In this document: piece after piece, positions 57,579 to 64,000 of the stretch
Numbering within the stretch: the first letter of the stretch is position 1
How the letters are laid out: each line of letters begins with the position of its first letter
Assembly: GCA_021613535.1 (NCBI GenBank)
Contig: CP075492.1
Span: 10,850,001 to 10,914,000, forward strand
Reading direction: 5' to 3'
From: Adineta vaga
Taxonomy: Eukaryota > Animalia > Rotifera
Length of the DNA stretch: 64,000 nucleotides
The notes under the pieces: generated by a model
Database searches by the model: none
Told to the model about the DNA's origin: nothing
The model's input: the letters and a program-made list of their open reading frames with translations, nothing else
Program-made: the position numbers and the translations under genes

Positions 57579-57815
57579 TCAAGAAACACGACTTAAATGT
57601 ATTTCACGAACTTTTCGTTTTTCTAATGTTTTAATTTTTCTTGTTTCTTTATATAAAACTTCTTGATCAAGCCATGGATCAATATGTAAAAATTCCAATT
57701 TATCTTGCGTTCTTTCACGTATTCGCATAAGTCGATGACCTGTTGCTTGTGATTCACAATTCACCAGTAATTGTCGACCACTTTTCGCTGCATTTAAAAT
57801 CCAAGACAAACGCAT
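57579..57815 (-). CDS. MRPL33: Mitochondrial ribosomal protein L33
   Basis: MRLSWILNAAKSGRQLLVNCESQATGHRLMRIRERTQDKLEFLHIDPWLDQEVLYKETRKIKTL matches bL33m pattern (LV..S.A.TG, R.R..KL..L.YDP..VLF.E.KK). Confidence 0.8.
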   Translation of the reverse strand: MRLSWILNAAKSGRQLLVNCESQATGHRLMRIRERTQDKLEFLHIDPWLDQEVLYKETRKIKTLEKRKVREIHLSRVS

Positions 57816-57925
57816 TTGAATTTTTGATTGCTTCAATCTAAAATCGAAGTACTGTAATAAAATTCTTACAAAGAATAAATTTATATTATGTCATATTTGA
57901 GTTTGTTTATTAAACTATAAATTAT

Positions 57926-59490
57926 CTACAAAACATCAGATTTTACAGGATTGTCATCATCACCATCATCATCGTCTTCGCTGTGACTCTGATGAAGATT
58001 GAAGGATTGTTGTTGTTGTTGTTGGTGTTGATGTGATCGTCTTTTACTATTCATGCGAATACATTTACCAGCAATCGCATCACGACGAAGTTGTAATAAA
58101 GCATTACGAATCTTTGGCCACATCAAATAAAGTTCTTGTTCAGTTAAATTCCAAGCAGCACATATACAATCTATATAATCATTTTAGTTCGTTTTCATTA
58201 AATCAAACCAAATGACTTACGCCGAAGAAAAATATCACGTTCATTATTATGATCTACATGTAATTTTGCCATAATTTCTTCCCGTGAAAAAAGATCACTT
58301 GCAACATGACGAGCAAAACTAGTTAATGTTGTTCGTGGTCGAAGATGTTTCATCATATTGCGTCCATTATACATCTATTCAAACAAATGAAAATATCTAA
58401 ATAACTTTGTTTTTTTTTGACAAAATATTTCTACAATAGCTTTGATCGGAAGTGGATGAATTGTATATGGTAGATTGTTCGATGTACTACCAGGGAAATC
58501 TAAATGTTGATTTGTATCGAATAATTCATCTTCATGTTCTTCTTCGTTTTCCAACTCCGATGGTTCATTCTGAAATCGAATTCACATTATTTCTTTTGCA
58601 TTTTGATATAAGATAAATTTTCTTTTACATCTTCGATATATTCATGTTTAATATTTGATTCGGAGAATGTCGGTGATGGATTTCGAATGTCTGATTGATG
58701 ATTGAGAGTATCAATGTTAGAGGCGAGACGAAGAACAATTGCTTGTAAACGAGCAATTTGTTGGTGAATATCTAGAATAGTTTTTTATTCAAATGAAATA
58801 TTACAAAATTCTAACAAGAAAATAGTAGCAGTTTAACCTGATGAAACATTTATATTTTGTTCTAACTGTTGTTGAGTGTAATGGACTAAGGAAGTATCAT
58901 TATATGAATCAGGTCCGGAATAAATTCCATCTAAATTTTCAAAAAAGAAAAGAAACAAATATTAAAAAACTAATAAAAACATACTGTATCTTAAATTTAT
59001 TTTAAACTAAATAGAAATATTATTGATTTAACTGAAAAACTAACTTAGCAAACATGATTCCGATCAACAAAATTTTTTAAATAATTAAAGACACTTAGCA
59101 TGTCTTTTAAAAGATACATATATTGAGATAATATAAAGACTTCGGAATGATAAACGTGTCTATTTATAAATTATTCTTACTTATTCGTAATCTTTTATTA
59201 ATCATATTATCATTCTCTTCTCTCATCGTTTTGTCAAATAATCTTTTATTTGTATTCGTTTGTCTTTCTTCTTGATGTTGATCCACACGCCAGACAAGCC
59301 ATGAAAGAAAATCTTGACAAGTTAATTGATTATCTTCTTCCGGTAAGAATTTTTTTAATAAATCAAATAATTTGTATTGATCAATAAATGATAAACGTGT
59401 ATCAATAATAAACTTTTCTATTGCGATATAACTTTCTAATAGACTAATTGAAGAATTTTTATATAATAAACGACGATATTCATGATCCAT
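57926..59490 (-). CDS. BEN-domain protein with transposase-associated-like N-terminus and coiled coil
   Basis: Six phase-compatible exons (first 59490-59181, donor gtaaga). C-terminal FARHVASDLFSREEI...WPKIRNALLQLRRD resembles BEN; IHQQIARLQAIVLRLASNIDTL coiled coil. Confidence 0.6.
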
Positions 59491-59622
59491 ATCTAAAAAG
59501 AAGAAAATTTTCTTTGAATTCTGATTTCTTTATTGTGAACAAATGAATGAAGAAGAAGAAGAAGAGAGAAAGAAAGAAGAAGAAAAAGAAGTTGTTGTTG
59601 TTCTTATTTACTTTTCCTTAAT

Positions 59623-60378
59623 TTATCGAAACATATAAAAAAGAAGAAAAATAACACAACATGCAATGACAAAACCGAGTACAAGGGAATCTTTACGTTT
59701 TTTTAATTTAATTTTATGTAAAATATTATTCATCAATGGAAAACGATTGGCAATTGTTTTCACTTTATGTGTTATATTCATAAAATGTTTCCGTTGATCG
59801 AAAAGATTATCTTTTAAAGTCACCATGTTTTCTAACTGTCTATCGATTAATTTATGTGAACTATTTAAATGTTCCATTTCTCGTAGATAATATTCATTAC
59901 GACGACTATTGAGACCTTGAGTATTCATATCCATATTGTTGGAATTATTATTCATCAGAAGATCTTCACGTGTTTGAAAATTTCGTATATTTGCTTTCGT
60001 TCGTTCGAATTCACGTCGATAGTCTTGACAAATTTCATGATGACGTTGTAATGTATGTGTTGCAGCTGTATTGGGACCAAGTAATGCCGGCATTGCATCT
60101 GTCATACGTTTATTGGTATCCGTTAAACGTTCGAGAAGTTTTTCGATTTCTATTGACATCGTTTCGAATGCAGATGCTGTTGGTGAAGATGAAGAAAGAG
60201 AAGAATGTTCACGTGCAACATAATTAGAACATAATTTTGAAAATGACACCAATTTTGCATCAATTTCATTCTCCAATTGACGAGCTTGTTTGCGTAAATC
60301 TTCCCAATCTGTGCCTGGTGCGACAGCCATTCGGGAGTTTGTTGAAGAATATGAATTATTACCAAATGTACGGTTCAT
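59623..60378 (-). CDS. GOSR1: Golgi SNAP receptor complex member 1 (GS28), intronless
   Basis: WEDLRKQARQLENEIDAKLVSFSKL, HTLQRHHEI, ANRFPLMN..KIKLKKRKDSLVLG + C-terminal TM. Confidence 0.95.
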   Translation of the reverse strand: MNRTFGNNSYSSTNSRMAVAPGTDWEDLRKQARQLENEIDAKLVSFSKLCSNYVAREHSSLSSSSPTASAFETMSIEIEKLLERLTDTNKRMTDAMPALLGPNTAATHTLQRHHEICQDYRREFERTKANIRNFQTREDLLMNNNSNNMDMNTQGLNSRRNEYYLREMEHLNSSHKLIDRQLENMVTLKDNLFDQRKHFMNITHKVKTIANRFPLMNNILHKIKLKKRKDSLVLGFVIACCVIFLLFYMFR

Positions 60379-60844
60379 AATCGAAAAATATATTTAGCAA
60401 TGAAAAACATATTTCCTTTTCCAATGAGAACTATCAATTTATGTTTAAGTGTGAACGTCACGCATGTACGTCACATATGATGAGATGAGATGAATATGAA
60501 TCATCCGAGATAGGAAAGATTAACTGACCTATGAAAATTTTCTAGTAAAAAATATGATTTCAATGATTTGAAAATGGAAAACATATTAAATCATATATAA
60601 ATTTGAATTATTCACTTTTTTATTTTCGGAAAATATTCGTCTGACTATGAGCGACATCTATTTTATATATGTATCTATAGTGGGAAACAAAAAAGTGCAT
60701 ACTTCGATGAATAAGAATACGATATTATATTAGTAAGTTAGCTATCGTTCTTTTTTCTTCTCCTTGTGTTATCATATGACGTCTATATAAACATATCAAC
60801 AGTTCCTAATATTATAATATTAATCTTTGTCCTTATATAGCGAT

Positions 60845-61477
60845 ATGTTTCTACATCTCTTTACCGTCTTTGCTATTTTTCATAGTTCAACAAGCAAGCC
60901 AACGATTTTAAAAAATATTTCAGGTAAATTACTCATGAAATAAATTTTAGTTCGATCTTTATTTGATCTTATTACATAGATTGCAGAATCAGTGTTGATG
61001 GTGTTCTTCAGTATTTCGGTCAACATTCAAAAACAAAATTCGGGAATGACTGTTTAACATGGAGCGATTTACAAACAGTATTTCCGGGAATTGTCAACGA
61101 ACCAAACTTTTTGAATGATACATTAATCAAAAATGCGCAAAATTATTGTCGAAATCCAAATGGCAAAGCTGATGGTCCATGGTGTTATGTACAATATGAT
61201 GATGCTTTTGATCAAGAATCGTGTGGAATCTGTCAGAGTCTTAGTAAGTCGATATTGAAAAACAAAGTTTCAATTTTTTCAATATGATTCATTTTTAGTC
61301 CCAAAACCAACTTTACCTCTACAAATAGAAGATTATACTGAAGTAACCACAGCAACTGCTCCTAATAATTTCTTTGAAAATATCCGCGATGAACTCAAAC
61401 GGGTTGGTGCTATTATTCGTGACAAATTTCTCGAAATAATTGAACGTATCAAAACCAAATTCAGACAATATGGATAA
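60845..61477 (+). CDS. Small secreted single-kringle protein with C-terminal amphipathic helix (173 aa)
   Basis: Exons 60845-60923, 60980-61243, 61299-61477. Signal-like MFLHLFTVFAIFHSSTS; kringle DCR..YFGQHSKTKFGNDCLTW..NYCRNPNGKADGPWCYV..ESCGIC. Absent from the ORF track. Confidence 0.85.
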
Positions 61478-61833
61478 ATTAGTTATCACAGCATATAATC
61501 AATTCATTCGGTACATAGAACTTCAGTTATAATACATATAAATGCTTACTCTCTTCTTCTATGTACACTGATTCATATGAAATAAATACAGAATGAATAA
61601 TTATCAATATGAGATTCTGAACAGCACATGACTTTTGATCTCATGATTATTACTTATATTTGCTGCTACTGATGGATATACGTGCAATCTGTAATAAGTT
61701 AATGTATACGAATTATAGTGTTCAAGAGAATAAAGATAAATTTAGTTGCAGGACTAAGTAAAAACAAATATTACAAAAATAAAATGAATTTTTGTATATG
61801 AAAGACAAAATAAAATCGGTAAAGGCAACGCAA

Positions 61834-63343
61834 TTAAAGTCGAAGAGAAATAGGAACATTTTGATACAATGGTGTTGGTTGTAAATAACCGGAATCATCT
61901 TCTAAAAGTAGTTGATCAGAAAATAATTAGATAACTTTTCTATGATTTAGAGAAAACATACCGTTTGGATTTTGGTTCCTGTATAGGTTTGACTCATTCG
62001 TTCTAACAGTTGAATATTCATTAGATGCTAGGTAATGAAGAGAAAAAGAAAGATTTTACATGTTCAAAAAGTAATACATACTGATAGTTTTCGAACTAAA
62101 TCATACGAATAGAAATCAATCTTTCTATATACGATTATTTATAATAATTAAACTTACTTTGTTGAAGCTAAATGAAAAGAGGAAAAAAGGAAGAAATGAT
62201 TATGTTCGCGATAAGATTTCAATTTTTATTGATTTCATACCTTTACGTTTACGACAAAGAAAAAATATTAAAATAGACAATAATCCAAAAAGAATAAGAA
62301 GACTGAGAATACACCCAAGAATAATAAGAATTCGTTTTGCTAAAAACAATTCAATAATAATTTCGAATGTTTGCTATCACTAGAAAACAAAACGATAAAA
62401 AGCTCACACCAGTTTTTAATTTTCTTCTTCCATTCGCTGCTGATGTCCTTTGAAAATAATCGTTCTCATCACCTTTTATCGGTGGTATATGTCCATTAGG
62501 TAAATCAATATCTGGATCCTCTGGCATAGCACCTAAATCGACATAGAAAAAAACGTTCAAATACTTTTGTTGTTTCAAATCCATTCAACTAACCTTTTAC
62601 TACAATTACACTGGATAACGTTGAAGACACTTTACCATCAGTAGTCAATTCACATGTTAATGTTTCTTCATTTCTTGAATATATTCGTTTTATTGAAGTA
62701 TGTTGATTAGCACAAACAACCCATGAACCATCTAGTTCTTGTTTTTTATGAACATTGATTGGTCTTCGAATATCTCCAATTTGATTCATATTAATATTGA
62801 TATTTTTATAACCAATCACAGATGCACAACAATACAGATCGACATTCGTTTGATCAGCAACTTCGAATGTACTTAAAGTATCATCATTTGGATCATCAGT
62901 ACGTATACATGATCCAGTTGGTGCATGACATGTATAAGTCCAATAGAATGATTGAACATCTAAAACACATGTTTATAGTTTATCGTTATGTGCAAAAAAT
63001 AATAGGATTTACCAGCGAGAATCAATTGATAGATACGATTCATTGCTGCTGTTGCCCATGTTGCTTTTCGACAACCATAATAACCGTGATTTTCCGCTTG
63101 AACATAATTGGAAGTGACACGTAAAATATTTTCTTTAGTTAAATAATTAAAATTTAATTTTAAAGATACATAATTGTTATCATTTTCTTGTATTTCTGAC
63201 CAATCATCAAGTCGACGAGCATAGAAAACGGAATCATCAAGTTTACAATCGAATGAAAATGATTGTCCAACAGAGGCAATAATTTGCTCAACTTTTGTAC
63301 ATGATGTACCCGAAATGATAAGGATAACAAGCAAATATAACAT
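61834..63343 (-). CDS. Type I membrane protein with two Ig-like domains and a Tyr-motif cytoplasmic tail
   Basis: Signal peptide; ASVGQSFSFDC..W..NILRV..ENHGYYGC (V-set-like); second Cys-paired domain VDLYCC..LTCEL; TM ILIILGCILSLLILFGLLSILIFFLC-RKRK; 8 exons including 10- and 14-nt microexons. Confidence 0.72.
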
Positions 63344-64000
63344 GATCGAATAATAATAATCTACGACAAAAATATCAAAGAATATGTCAATGTTAGAAAA
63401 AGAAACTATTTATAATAATAAAAGAATAAATACACATGTGAATGCATTACATGCTGAAGGACAATTATGATGTTGTGCATAAGACGTAGGGAGAAGAGAA
63501 GAAAGTGAAGTACGTTTTATTTGGTGACTATTGATTTTTTTTGTGTGTATGTATAGAGCAGAAATAGTATGGTTGAAGCATAATTACTTTATGTCGCGTT
63601 TTTATATTTAAATTAAAGTGTATGATTCATTCGTCATTTTTACAAACGTTAGATCAAAGGGAAAAAAGTAAGATTACATGCCATCGAGGAAGACGGTGAG
63701 CAATATTGACGGCTGTGTAGGCGAAAGACCTTTGAAAAAAATAGACTGTTACATTGATGTTTATTGACTTTTTGTCGTTCTTGTTTTTTTTGCTACCGAA
63801 TATGGTAAATGAGAGAGAGAGAGAGGTTTAGAAATGAGTAATCGAAAGAAAAATGGTCCGTAACGTTACGTTTCAAAGACAAAATAGTCTAGGTCTTGCG
63901 AAAAAATCTTTTTTGAAGTAAATAATGTTACTTTTTTTCTGATAATGACAATTATTAATCAGTCCAGTTGAGGAATGTTTCCTCAAAGATTCAACACAGA

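Overview
Eukaryotic, very AT-rich, gene-dense DNA with many 50-65 bp GT-AG introns. The NHL-repeat/REJ polycystin, the fungal-type dioxygenase and the intron style suggest a bdelloid rotifer (Adineta/Rotaria-like); this is inference. I rebuilt about 21 genes by manual splicing, in order: 3' end of a SETDB1-type methyltransferase; FERM-PDZ-PTP (PTPN3/4-like, 1-nt frameshift just before the catalytic HCS); DNAJC30-like; NEPRO/RMP64-like; AADAT; aminergic GPCR; intronless fungal-type gamma-butyrobetaine dioxygenase; two tandem synaptobrevins; HOOK; a DHHC palmitoyltransferase fused in frame to two degenerate PTP domains; acid sphingomyelinase; BBS5; RNF25; COX8; PDPR; an NHL-REJ-GPS-PLAT-channel polycystin with frameshifted NHL exons; MRPL33; a BEN-domain gene with a transposase-like N-terminus; GOSR1; a secreted kringle protein ending in an amphipathic helix; and an Ig-domain receptor with tyrosine motifs. 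There are also two MITE-like inverted-repeat elements and a perfect GC-rich hairpin. Most notable: (1) the DHHC-tandem pseudophosphatase fusion, (2) operon-like gene clusters with splice acceptors at or near start codons, (3) the kringle plus host-defence-like helix precursor. All family assignments come from motif recognition; no searches were run.
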